DNA of 64,000 nt from Nitrospirota bacterium (GTDB lineage: Bacteria > Nitrospirota > Nitrospiria > Nitrospirales > Nitrospiraceae). Location of the stretch: NCBI GenBank assembly GCA_963701855.1, contig CAVPBK010000003.1, positions 1 to 64,000 of the forward strand, written 5' to 3'. The notes below the pieces were generated by a model, which was given only the letters and a program-made list of their open reading frames with translations, did not search any database and was not told where the DNA came from. The position numbers were made by a program, and so were the translations under genes. Positions 22,995 through 34,639 of the stretch are shown piece after piece; position 1 is the stretch's first letter; each line of letters starts with the position of its first letter.

Positions 22995-24818
22995 TACTGA
23001 TAATGCTGGGCTTGGGTGAGGAAAAGCGTAGCGTGAGCCCCTGCCGTAGCATCAACTCATCATGGGTTCCCCGTTCCACAATTTGGCCGTGATCGAGGAC
23101 AAAAATACAGTCGGCCATTTTGACAGTAGCCAGTCGATGACTGATCAAAATCGCCATACGCCCTTGAGTGAGTTCGTGAAACCGCTCGAACAATTCCGCT
23201 TCGGCCTTGGCATCCATCGCGCTGGTAGGCTCGTCGAGAATCAGGATCTGAGAATCGCGAAGGATGGCCCTGGCGAGCGCTACTTTTTGCCATTCCCCGA
23301 TGCTCAGTTCATGCCCGCCGTCGAACAGCTTGCCGAGCAATGACTCGTACCCCTTCGGCAAACGCTCGATGGCCTCATGGATCCCAGCCTGTTGGCCGCC
23401 TGCGTGACGGCGGAAAGGTCGATGTCGGGGGATCTCAGGCCCAACGAGATGTTGTCCTTGGCCGAAAACTGGAACTTCACAAAGTCCTGAAAAATTCCGC
23501 TGACGGCGCCACGGACATCGGCAAGGGGATAGTTCCGAAGATCTTCACCATCGACCGTGATGCGCCCCCCCGACGGATCGTACAGACGGCATAGGAGCTT
23601 CACCAGCGTCGTCTTCCCCGCCCCATTGGCTCCGACAAACGCGACATGTTCGCCGGGTCTGATCGTAAAGGTGAACTCCTGGATCGCCACACGTTCTTCA
23701 TGCGGGTATTGGAAGGACACATGATCGAATGTAATCCCCTGCGCGATCGGTTGGGGAAACAACTTCGGATGTGCCGACTTCGGCAAACGAGACTGAATAC
23801 CCAGAAACTCATCCAACGTGGTTAGGAACAAATTGCTCTCATAGAGGCTGGACACACTCTGTCCCAAACTCTCCAGGAATCCGGAGGCCCGCTGCACCGC
23901 CTGGAAAAACATGACGAGGTCGCCCACGGTGAGCAGCCCCTGAAACGTTCGGAACGCCACAAAACTGTAGACCCCGAACACACCGGCCACGCCGATGATC
24001 TGCGCGGCAAAACCCGCGAGCGCCCATCGGCGCTCTAACGCGATCCGTTCTCGACGCAGCACTGATCGCGCGTCTTGGAACCATTGCCGCAACCGAGGGC
24101 CGAGGTCGAACAGCCGGATTTCTTTCGCTGCAATCGCTTGGGTCAGCAGCATATTGACGTACCAGGCTTTCCGCTCAAGCGGCGTCCGCTCGCGCTCCCA
24201 GGCAAACAGCCGATTGGATTGCTGCAGACGGACGAAAAAGTACGGGATGGCCGTCAGCATCAAGATCGGGATCACCCCCCAATGCAACCACCAGAGTATG
24301 GCTGCCATCGCAAACAGTGAAATGGCATCCTGGCCAAATTGGAGCAAGGCGTTGAGAATCGCCGTCGGACGATAAGGCGCTTCTTCTTGTGCGCGATGGA
24401 GCGTATCTTGATAGCGCGCATTCTCGTAGTACTCAAGATCGACCTCGACGGACTTTGCCTGAAGGAGTGCGTGCATATGATCCGTGACGACTTGAGCATG
24501 AATCCTTGAAATCAGAGAGGCCACGCCGGTGAGCATGGCACTGGCCACCGCGACACCTGCCAACCCAGCAAGAATCATGGCCATCCCGCTCAAGGAGCCT
24601 TCGGCTGATGGAGCCTTGAGCCCTTCGGCCACGGCATCGATCAACAACTTCGTCAGATACAGCGCCACCAGCGGAAGAAGGCCTTGGATCACGCGCACCA
24701 CGATACTGCCGATTGCCAGACTCGGGCTGCTCTGCCACACAAACAAGAGAGCGTGGCGAAGCGTCAGGAGGAAGGGGCGGATGCGATTCAGAATGATGTT
24801 CATCGGTGACGGGAACAC
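22995..24818 (-). pseudogene. ABC exporter, frameshifted left copy
   Basis: 1-nt deletions near 23392 (T-run) and 23035 relative to 43840-45666. Confidence 0.8.
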
Positions 24819-24833
24819 GTGATGAATGCCTCG

Positions 24834-25304
24834 TCAGGACATCGTCGTCCTGTTGTTCTGACGCCGAAGGGCAGAGGCCTGCGTCCCAACTGTCGGATCC
24901 GGAGGATGCGAAAAGGTAACGGTGAACCGTTGCCAATGCTGGCCCGTCTCGTGAAAAGGCTGGCCATCCAATGTGAGCCACGCATGGCCATCGAGATTCG
25001 AGACTTCTTTTCTTACACCACAATGAAAGAGAACCGGATACCCCAATCGCCGGGCGAACCAATAGAGAGCCAGCGACCGTGGGAAGCAATTCCCTTTTTT
25101 GTTATAGGGAAACAGTTGAAGCCAGCGATCTACATAGCAGACCAGATCCCCCATCACTGCCTCGTCGGGTCTTCCCGTTGTCGAGCGAGGGTTTAATCGG
25201 TCCAGCACCAGTGGCAAACTCTTGACCCGCAACAAGAGACGAATCCACGACACTACCAGGCCTGCGCGCAGCAGGGTCCAATACTTTTTTACGAATCGGA
25301 TCAT
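24834..25304 (-). CDS. Lasso B2-type leader peptidase (left copy)
   Basis: CFPRSLAL and HAW transglutaminase-like motifs. Confidence 0.85.
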   Translation of the reverse strand: MIRFVKKYWTLLRAGLVVSWIRLLLRVKSLPLVLDRLNPRSTTGRPDEAVMGDLVCYVDRWLQLFPYNKKGNCFPRSLALYWFARRLGYPVLFHCGVRKEVSNLDGHAWLTLDGQPFHETGQHWQRFTVTFSHPPDPTVGTQASALRRQNNRTTMS

Positions 25305-25578
25305 AGTGCGTTCAGTGTAGCAAGCCTCAATGAGAATTCCAGCATCCGCCGTTTCCAAATCCAAGACCACGCGCTCTGATAATCCTGGTGCCCCATGGGA
25401 GGCGCTCAACCTCCCGTCGCAACCCACGAGGCATGGCTGTGGGCCGTGATGTATTTCCAATTTCTTCGGCAGAGCAATTAAAGACAATACAGACCATAGC
25501 GAGTGACGCAGCAGGCCAACCATTTCCTGTGTGGGACTAGACAGATGGGCTTCCCAGAAGGTTCAAACCAGAAGATGA

Positions 25579-26802
25579 CTACCCACCGTGCTCAATCCAA
25601 CGATTGATAGCGCCACGAATCGTGGAGGGAAACAGACTCCTCATGGTCCGGTGAAGGGGGAGAACGAGCCGAGCAAGACGCGGAAGGGAGGTGCGCCAGC
25701 GAAACCAGGCTGGAGGGGTTATGACCATAGGATTCTGGTCATGACACAACTGCAGGCCAAACCACCAGCGCTCCCACCACGAATCTTTCAATGAGAAATA
25801 GAGCGCAACTGCCTGTGCCTCATTCACACCGGCACGATGATCTGCCAGGAGAGTGGATGGCATACGGTGGGACAGCATCTGCACATCTGAATCGGCGGAG
25901 AGCCGCGCGAGAACCGTCTTGGGCAGTGGGGCATCCAACACCAGATGCGCGAGCGACAACCCCATAGACAGCAGGCGTCGGCAGCGCCACCTCGATGCGC
26001 TCGAGAAGATCCGATCCCAGTCCAGTTGGTCCTGTGCGCGAAGCAGCTCGGCGACATCGCACACCCATTTGAGCGAGTCCCATGCATGCTTCGACCCATG
26101 GACACACAGGACGATCAATAGATCTTCCGGGGTCAGTCCTTGTACCGTCTTGTTCGCAAGCGGAACAGCCGTTCGGCGCTGCCAGAACTCGGGACGATCC
26201 AACTGAAACGCAAAGTGCTCACCTGCCATCACCCACTGAAGATCGACGCGAAAGAGCGTGCGCTTCTTGATAAACACATGGTAAGGCCCATCCTCATGGT
26301 CCCTCTCACCAGGATCAGAAGAAGGGTCTTTCCTCTCATAGCCCCGCTCCAACAAGATGGCGTGCGCTTCCGCAATGGAGCCTTTGGGAACAAGCAGGTC
26401 CATGTCGCTAAAGTCGCGAAGCGTCAGATCGCCATAGACCGAGGACGCCAGGGTCGCCCCTTTGATGGGTATGACCGGCACTCCATTCGCGGCAAACGCG
26501 TCGCACAAGACGACGAGTTCCTGGACGAGCAACCGGTTGAGCAAGGCACCGGCTTGCGTCCTCTGGCGTAACTGAGTCAACGATTCGGCAGGCACAAGGT
26601 CGGAACAAAGCGTGGACAGATTCCGATACAACAGGGGGCCCACACCATGATATCGAGCCAGGTCGAGGACAAATTCCCAGTCAAGCGGCCCTTGCACTCT
26701 CTGCCGGATACGGGCCTTGAGCTCATCAGTCACAACCGTACGGGCACACCAGACCAAGAGCTCCGATTCCGGTCGCAATGAGAACTGCCTGGTCGTCATC
26801 AT
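25579..26802 (-). CDS. Nucleotidyltransferase, NTP_transf_5 type (left copy)
   Basis: IKGATLA...R.FSDMDLL motif. Confidence 0.85.
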   Translation of the reverse strand: MMTTRQFSLRPESELLVWCARTVVTDELKARIRQRVQGPLDWEFVLDLARYHGVGPLLYRNLSTLCSDLVPAESLTQLRQRTQAGALLNRLLVQELVVLCDAFAANGVPVIPIKGATLASSVYGDLTLRDFSDMDLLVPKGSIAEAHAILLERGYERKDPSSDPGERDHEDGPYHVFIKKRTLFRVDLQWVMAGEHFAFQLDRPEFWQRRTAVPLANKTVQGLTPEDLLIVLCVHGSKHAWDSLKWVCDVAELLRAQDQLDWDRIFSSASRWRCRRLLSMGLSLAHLVLDAPLPKTVLARLSADSDVQMLSHRMPSTLLADHRAGVNEAQAVALYFSLKDSWWERWWFGLQLCHDQNPMVITPPAWFRWRTSLPRLARLVLPLHRTMRSLFPSTIRGAINRWIEHGG

Positions 26803-27836
26803 CTTCGTTGCTCAAGCAGCGGCGTGATCAACTTCGGCAAGTCGAGGATATCGTGGCCGAAATGCAAGCGGTAACAGTCCACCTGCTGCACCAGGCTCGC
26901 TAAGACTTGAAATTCTCGTCTGGCCACCTCTGGATCGTAGACCAATAACGCCTGTGGGAGGAGGACTTCCAGGGCCCGGCTCTTGGGGAGGAGCTCAAGG
27001 TGACTGTGAGGGGCATCGACGACATGAGGGAACAGCATGATGGCCGGCTGACAGCGGTCGCCCACCGAGGTCGGATACAGATCCTCGGCATGAAAAGACC
27101 GCTTGGGTGAACCGGGATGAAGCACGTGATCAGGCGCATCCAGGAGTTCCGGGAAAAAGGCGATCGTCGCTTCGGTGACGTTAATCTTGGTGGGAAAGGG
27201 GAGCACCTCCACATGCGTCCCGGCATCTCGAATCAACGGATGATCATCCGAGAGATACCGATAGCCCGAGCGGAGCAGCGAGATAAAGGACGTCGTCTTG
27301 CCGCGGCCGCTATTCCCTGGGATCAAGACTCCACGGCCATGTTTCTCCAGCGCAGTCGCATGGATCGTATAGAGCCCACGGCGTCGTAAGAGTTCGATCA
27401 AGGCGAGGTGAAAGAAATATTCGATCAAGTTCGCGTGCATGGTCTCCGGCTTGATCAGATAGCCGTCAGCCTTGCCCTGCTCGCCATCAATCACCAGGAC
27501 TCCGGCATCGAAAAAGTCCGCAATCAACCGCCCGCCATCCTGAATCACCTCGTAGGGCAACCCGGTCTCCCGCCGATCCCCGACCGCTGCACCCGTTCCG
27601 GAAGATAATTGACGCGCCGATGAAGATATCGTCAGCGGAATGTCCGCTCGTTCCTGCACAGCCTGGAAGCACAAGGTGAGAGAGGCTGACTCCTCAAGGG
27701 AGTCCCGCCGAAAATGCCTCAGAAACTCATTCACCGGTGCGGCCAACAGGGGCGACGCCGTGGCATATCTCACCGCCGTGCCGTAGAGGGAAAATAGAGA
27801 CTCGGCCATAGGCTTTTCGACCACGGTCATCGTCAT
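26799..27836 (-). CDS. HprK-related kinase (left copy)
   Basis: HATA, GNSGRGKTT and LSDD motifs. Confidence 0.85.
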   Translation of the reverse strand: MTMTVVEKPMAESLFSLYGTAVRYATASPLLAAPVNEFLRHFRRDSLEESASLTLCFQAVQERADIPLTISSSARQLSSGTGAAVGDRRETGLPYEVIQDGGRLIADFFDAGVLVIDGEQGKADGYLIKPETMHANLIEYFFHLALIELLRRRGLYTIHATALEKHGRGVLIPGNSGRGKTTSFISLLRSGYRYLSDDHPLIRDAGTHVEVLPFPTKINVTEATIAFFPELLDAPDHVLHPGSPKRSFHAEDLYPTSVGDRCQPAIMLFPHVVDAPHSHLELLPKSRALEVLLPQALLVYDPEVARREFQVLASLVQQVDCYRLHFGHDILDLPKLITPLLEQRR

Positions 27837-27933
27837 ACTGTTCCCCCACTGATGATTGTCACCTACGCCGTCACGCCTCGTGAGAAAAACGGCTGGCCGA
27901 TTCTTATGAATCGACCAGCCCATGGTGACTTAT

Positions 27934-28077
27934 CTAGCGATGGCCATGGAAAAAACCAAACAAACGGCCAAACGAGAAGTTCCCATGATGACCGCCAGAA
28001 GCCTTCGCAGTGATGTCCCGCAGCAACTCGTGCGTTACGAGCACTGGCTGGACATACACCTCTTTCTTTTCATTCAC
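27934..28077 (-). CDS. RiPP precursor peptide, 47 aa (left copy)
   Basis: Same peptide as 40579-40722, with a synonymous CAT/CAC His codon difference. Confidence 0.85.
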   Translation of the reverse strand: MNEKKEVYVQPVLVTHELLRDITAKASGGHHGNFSFGRLFGFFHGHR

Positions 28078-28083
28078 TCTTTC

Positions 28084-28425
28084 TCACCTCCTTTCCTGTT
28101 GAAGTAGCCCCTCCTTGACCAATTGGTTGATCAGGGCAACGAGATCGTCCAGGGCCCGATCAGGAGAGACCTCAAAGCGGTCGCACAGGACCGCATGAAT
28201 GTCACTGACGGTGTTGTGGCCGGTACAGTGGTCCCATATGACGCTCCCCAACCGGTTCAGGGTGTAGTACCGCCCGGTACTGAGATCCAACAGCACCGTC
28301 TCGCCCTCCATGCTCGTGCCCTGCACATCAGGGCTGGGCCATAGGATGGTCCGATCCAGCATCGTGATGTCGACGACAGGCTCGGAGGCAATCGGGGGTG
28401 GAGCTACCTGCAGTGGGTCCGACAT
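28084..28425 (-). CDS. PqqD-family RiPP recognition element (left copy)
   Basis: GETVLLDL..GRYYTLN..G..IW motif. Confidence 0.88.
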   Translation of the reverse strand: MSDPLQVAPPPIASEPVVDITMLDRTILWPSPDVQGTSMEGETVLLDLSTGRYYTLNRLGSVIWDHCTGHNTVSDIHAVLCDRFEVSPDRALDDLVALINQLVKEGLLQQERR

Positions 28426-29039
28426 GGGTCTGTCCTCCTCGGTCCAACGTTCGACTGCTTGTGCAACTCTGTCACTCATGCGTATGCCAGTCCAATACTC
28501 TTAATGAGAGCTATGTACGATCGGACGAACCAGGAATTCTCATACAACCAGACACATTCACGAAAGGCTTCCGCACATTCGTCCCTTGCGCCACCGGAGG
28601 AGCAGCAAAAGTGTTGACTAAGGATTCGAGAATATGGTTGACGCTCCTTAATAATACGAGAAGGTTCGGTTCGGAGAGCACATCCTGGGCCTTTCCAGGA
28701 TCACATGTCACTAGAGTACCCTTCATCGGTTCCATCGACCAGCCCCTCTTTAGAGGGAGTGTACCAGGCTTAGGAGGCTTAAGTTCTAACTCCACCCGCA
28801 ATACTGCAGGGCTTAGTAGGCTCAGGTGTTGCCATGCCAAAGAATACGACATGCACTTGAACGTCGAAGCACGCAAGACCCTGAGCCTGGAGCTGGCCCA
28901 CGGTGATGCGTTCTGAACGATAGCCGCGGTATCGGGACGAGCCCTCAGCATTGTGACCGCGAGGCTGCCCGGAATACGACGCAGGGCAGACACAGCTATC
29001 GGCGGAGACCATCAGTTGCATGCGGCACTTGAAACTGCC

Positions 29040-29240
29040 CTAGGAGCCTGTCCTACATTGCCATCGTGACGAGGAAAAGGAGGTGCGGCCATATGAGCGG
29101 TGCAAGGCCAGGAAAAACAGGAAGTGTATTCGCTGGAATACCTGAATACGATGCGTTGAGGATTTTTTAGGGCGAGAACGACGCAGATGGTCACAGATCA
29201 TTTGCCACAGTAGAACGGTCACTGTCGGACAGGCTCCTAG
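29040..29240. mobile_element. MITE-like element with CTAGGAGCCTGTCC termini (left copy)
   Basis: 14-bp perfect terminal inverted repeat; 8 bp longer than the right copy. Confidence 0.65.
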
Positions 29241-29466
29241 TTCTTCCAACGGCCCCCTCTGATGCACCAAGAATAAATAATATGATAGATATCCCATGCA
29301 CTTATGAGATACCACTCCCCCTGTATGAGGTATCCGTCCTGCTTATGCGGGGTTGTTTTGCTAGAGCACAATAGGGCATCATCGCCGTCAAAATCGCATG
29401 AGGAAACGGGCGCAGGCCTCAGAGTGTCGGCTCGCCGCGAACCAGATAGAACCTCACTCATAGCCT

Positions 29467-32194
29467 ATGAAGATATCGACCAACTTGTTCAGTAAGCTCG
29501 TGACCTGCGCCACACTCTTGCTTGCTCTGAGTTCATGCAGCGGCGGCGGGTCTGGTGGAGGAAGTACCCCCACTCCCCTTGCGCCAGCTACTGGTTCCAC
29601 AACCGTCACCGGGACGGTCTCCGGGACCGTCATCAAGGTGTTGCGTGCCGACACGAAGGCCCTCATTTCTCAATTTGACACCGCGCCTCTACCCGGCCCT
29701 CCTCCGTTCCCATTTGCTCTCTCAAATATTCCGGTCGGCCTTCCGGTCGAAATTGTCTTCTTTAGCGCAGGCCAGACGTTCCCTCTCTATGGCGGGAATC
29801 CACCGACAAATGTGTTTACTATGCAGACGGCGGGATCTCTTGATTTGGGAGCCGTCACGATGAGTAGCGGGAGAGCGACGCCCCAGAACCCGCTTATTAA
29901 TGTGATCTTGGGCGTTGAAGATCTTTTAGTTTCGCTTTTAGGAAGCGAGCCGCCGCCGGCAACCCTCACGGTCACGACTCCCCCCGATCCGGACTTCGGA
30001 TCGTTTTGTTATCGTAGAGTTCGCTGTTCAGCACTTCGTCATCGGAGGACAGGGGCAGCAGCACCTCCACATCACGGTGGATGAGGGAGCAACTCGCCAT
30101 TTCTTCAACGGACAATGCAACAACGGACAATCCAACAAGGTGGTAGACGGCAACGGACAACCCACCCCCGATGTTCAATGGCAAAGTGCCACTTCGTTTC
30201 GACTGAACGGATTGTCTCCTGGCCCACATCAAGTCACTGTGAGGTTAGCCACGGCCTCAGATAACGAATTTGTTAACTTGGAGGCCAAACCTGACCCGGT
30301 GAGCATCACGATCGCTGCCTCCCGGTTTCCCCTTCCGCCGTTGACCATCACGAGCCCATCACAGGGAGCTTCATTGCCGTTGGACCCTGTCGACGTGTCG
30401 TTTACAGCCCAGAATTTGACGATCGGAGTCAGGGGGCTCCTCATCTCCATATCTATCTGGATGGCGGAACCACCAAGAACCACTTCTACAACGGAACCAC
30501 CAATAAGGTGCTTGATAACAGCGGACAGCCTGTTGCCAACATCACCTGGCTGAGCACCAATTCGTTTGAGATTACCGACCTCCCAAGCGGTTGCCATTCG
30601 ATTCGACTTGTTCTTGCCAATTCTAGTCACATTGACCTGCAGAACGCGGAAGCCAACCCGCCCATCCTGAACATCAGCATTCAGGCTCCACCTGCTCCTC
30701 CAACATTGACCATCAATAGTCCTGCCCAAGGGGCATCCTTGCCTCCAGGGCCGGTGCTGGTCTCGTTCAATATTCAGAATTCTCCAGTTACCGCACTCGG
30801 CCACTCAGCCGCGAATGCATTTCTACGTCGACGATGATCCCGCCATATTCAAATTCTACGATGGACCAGTGATCACTGAAAATGGCAATACAAGCGGGGT
30901 TCGTTATCCGGACCCCAATACCCAGCAGTATGGTCATACCCACTCCATCCATTGGAAGTCCGGCAGTTCAATTCAAATCAATGCCTTGGCATCCGGTCCT
31001 CATCAGGTCCAATTCGTGCTGGTGGATCAAACGGAAACAAGCTGCCAAGTACGGAGAAAACTCTTAATTTTACCATCGTGGCGGGGACGAGCGGAAATTT
31101 TTCCCTCCTAGAAGTTGCGAGCGGCTTGAATTTCCCGGCCGCGATGGCCACGGCTCCGGACGGACGGATCTTTGTGACTGAACTAATTACCGGGAATATC
31201 CGGGTGGTCACGCCGACCGCCACGCCTCCGTGGAAGTTGCAAACTGCACCGTTTTACACTTTCACCTCCACTAAGGATGATTTTGTGACCGGGGTTGAAA
31301 AGGGGTTGCTTGGCATCGCGGTCGATCCCGAATTTCAGCGATAACAACTATGTGTATGTGTACTACACCACCGCATCCGGTCCGAAGAACCGAGTGGTGC
31401 GATTTACGGCCACGACTGATTCGAATGGGTATACTGTGGCCACAAGCGATCCGCCCACAGTGATTGTTGACAATATTCCTGCCGGCGACCCGCACAACGG
31501 AGGCACATCCATTTCGGCCAGGACGGAATGCTCTATATTTTTGTGGGGGACAACGAAGTAAGGGATGCACAGAGCTTGAGTACGCTTCGAGGAAAAATGT
31601 TGCGGATCAATCCGAATGGAGGAATTCCGTCCGACAATCCCTTCATTAATCCTCCGAATAATCTCCGTAGCCTTTCTCCGCGATCTACAGTTATGGCCAT
31701 CGCAATAGCTTCGGGTTCACGTTCCATCCCCATACGAATGACTTGTGGGAGACCGAGAACGGTGAGACCACTGATGATCAGATTAATAGGATCATTGCCG
31801 GCGGGAATTATGGATGGCCTCTTTGTCTAGGAATTTGCAATGATCCACGGTGGATTGATCCGATCATCACCTTCGGCACTCCACCACCCCCACCATTGCG
31901 CCAACCGGGATCGTCACAATCAGAGAAGATTCCCCCTATCCGGCGCAATATTACAACAACTTACTGTTCGCCGATTACAACTTCGGCCAACTTCATCGAA
32001 TCGTGCTTGGTGGAGCAGAGTTGACAGACCTCTCCAGTCATACGATCGCCTACCCCGGTGGAAATGGTGCGTTGATCGCGGTCATGCACGGATTGAATGT
32101 GCCGGGGCAGGATGGGTATATCTATGTGGCAAATGGCAACTATGGCGAATCTAACCACCGCATCTTCAGAGTCATCCTCAATCCTAGTCCCTAA
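29467..32194 (+). pseudogene. Lipoprotein with PQQ-type sugar-dehydrogenase domain, multiply frameshifted left copy
   Basis: Many short ORF fragments tile the intact 910-aa protein at 36461-39193. Confidence 0.85.
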
Positions 32195-32278
32195 CGTCGT
32201 TCCCCGTCTTTTTCGGTTTTTTCTTCAGAGTACCCCTCCGATCGTAAGCTCCCCCGTCAAGCCCGCGGAGTTTGTCCG

Positions 32279-34015
32279 CTACTGAATCGCCACCGGTATG
32301 CGGTCATCATGATGAATACCTTGAACTGGCATCGGAAGTACTGATTGCCCTTCTACTTCCGCGTAATACAATTTCCCTTTGCACCATTGCCTAATTGGTT
32401 CCAGGATTGGTATAGAATTTTGGCTGACTACAATTGCATTGATGGCCTTTATTTCCCAGCCACTTGAAGTACGTATTAATGATGCATTGACGAAATTGGT
32501 TAATGCATTACGCAATGCATTAAAAGGTAACGTAACTAACTCCCTTTGACTTTGCTTTTCCGAGATATTCTTAACAGCTTCAATAAATTCCGGAATCAGT
32601 GATAGCTTATTGCCATCGTTAACAAAACAGTTCATTGTCCCATATCTATTTCTTTGATGACCAAAGTAACAATGGGCCACTAACAAGCCATTCTGCTGGC
32701 ATAGTAAATCAATATTCGCAGGCCTCAGTTGAAACGCTAAATGATTGAGCAGGACTGTATCAAAAACCTATATGCTCTGATCGCTCATGAGACTAGATTG
32801 TCCGCTTAAATCATAAAGAACCATTGGATTTTCATGATAATACTTTAGGCGGCGATTATGCTCAGCAACAAGTTTCCATGCACCCATTCTCCACGGCTCT
32901 TTTATATGATGTAAATGGTTAGGGCTTAACAAGTTCTTATATACAGAACTGCCATAGTAAGCCATCAGCGGGGCGCTCACGCGCTCTGTGTCCCACAAGA
33001 ACGACAAGAAATTTGAGAAGGCGCTGAATACTTTTCTATGCTCCCAAACATCTAAATGCCGTACCGGATTTTCCCAAACATCGGTATAGGACCAGTAGTT
33101 TTCAATTCCGGCTTTACTTAATATGTCCAACAAGCCGTCCCCTTCTTTAAAAACAGCATCTCTTGAAAATAGGTACGCTCCACACCCGTGATCAATCCAT
33201 GTTTTTGGAGAATATATGCTCATCATTTGAATTCTACGCAAACACTCCGAGAGTGAGGGAAGATTTTTCCGTGGACTTAGACCATGGTAGGCTATTTCAG
33301 AGCCGCTTTCATACATCTTGTCAATGTAGTTTTTATATTCAGGGACATCTAAACCAGGCTCCATTTTACCTGACCCATAATCACTGCTAGGGAATACCCC
33401 CTTTGTAATACGAAGACTGTTTTCAGAAAAAAGCTCGTGTTGTAGGCGAAGTTTTGGAACGGTATCAAAATCTGGGTGGTCAGTTAAACAAATAACGGAA
33501 CGCGCACCGTTCGGATATGGTTCAAGCCAAGCAGCTTCCTGAAGTGATCTGAGCCTGTTTGCCCTAATGTGGATTTGTTTCTTAATAATAGGAGGTTTTC
33601 TAATCTTAGAGTCGCCCCAGAGAATAAGCCCTGAACCCAATCTATCTTGAATTACAAACGTAGCAGTGACCTGGTTTCCTTGTTTGCACAGCCTCAAATG
33701 TGGATATTTAGGCAAATCAATTTGGCACAGCATATCCCCTTCCTGTAACCAAAGAATACAACCTACAGGAAAAGGAGGTGATGCCTTAGAAGATAAAGGA
33801 AGTATTTGCCGATCATGGCTAAGGAAGTATGCTTCTTCAGCACAGAACAAGCAGGTGACCTGAATACGATTCGTGTCTTCATTAGGCGTTGGGATACTAA
33901 GATGAAATTGTGTGGACCAGACACTCTCTTGAACTATTGAAATTAGAACTTCTTTTTTGGTTACTTTGAAGTCCGATGTGCTCTCGGAGTAGGCTTTTAC
34001 CGTAACGATTGCCAT
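32279..34015 (-). pseudogene. AT-rich deacetylase-like gene, left copy with a nonsense codon
   Basis: TGG>TAG at 32768-32770; the downstream part continues in the same frame. Confidence 0.8.
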
Positions 34016-34289
34016 GCCAAAATTTCTCCTTGCACATTACACATATTCATAAGTGGAACCTTGCGATGGTCTGTAGCGGTGGCCTCGTAAGTCCCCGTCA
34101 AGGAGACATTTTGAAAGTGTCTCCTTGACGGGGGGAGCTTGCAAAGGGAGGATGTCAGGGTAACAATGTTCCTCAACACACAGTCAAGCAATACCCCGTT
34201 GGGGGGGCCGCCACTCCAGCCTCACCTATTCTGTCACCCCTTCCCTGCTTCCCAGGCCAATAGGGCAAAGAACACATTGCGTGCTCTAT

Positions 34290-34365
34290 TAAAACAAGAT
34301 ATTCTCACCAAATTCTCGATACGTACGTGTATGTATCGAGAATTTGGTGAGAATATCTTGTTTTA
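34290..34365. other. Symmetry centre of the giant palindrome (axis at 34327/34328)
   Basis: taaaacaagatattctcaccaaattctcgatacgtacg|tgtatgtatcgagaatttggtgagaatatcttgtttta; no spacer, two G-T mismatches near the axis. Confidence 0.95.
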
Positions 34366-34510
34366 AGAGAGCACGCAATGTGTTCTTTGCCCTATTGGCC
34401 TGGGAAGCAGGGAAGGGGTGACAGAATAGGTGAGGCTGGAGTGGCGGCCCCCCAACGGGGCATTGCTTGACTGTGTGTTGAGGAAAAGTGTTACCCTGAC
34501 ATCCTCCCTT

Positions 34511-34570
34511 TGCAAGCTCCCCCGTCAAGGAGACACTTTCAAAATGTCTCCTTGACGGGGGAACTTACCA
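34511..34570. mobile_element. 60-bp TG...CA palindrome resembling two fused IS ends (IS3-like)
   Basis: tgcaagctcccccgtcaaggagaca-ctttcaaaa-tgtctccttgacgggggaacttacca; mirror copy at ~34087-34143. Confidence 0.5.
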
Positions 34571-34639
34571 GGCCACCCCTACAGACCATCGCAGGGTTCC
34601 ACTTATGAATAAGTGTAATGTGCAAGGAGAAATTTTGGC

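Larger units (their letters stand above)
4394..34327. repeat. Left arm of a giant inverted repeat (~30 kb)
   Basis: Reverse complement of 34328-64000 gene for gene; 63991-64000 pairs with 4394-4403. Confidence 0.98.

Noticed and set aside
34290..34365. Hairpin telomere / protelomerase site of a linear replicon
   Set aside because: No protelomerase gene is visible, and read-through of a hairpin end should give identical arms, whereas these are diverged. Not strictly excluded without reads.
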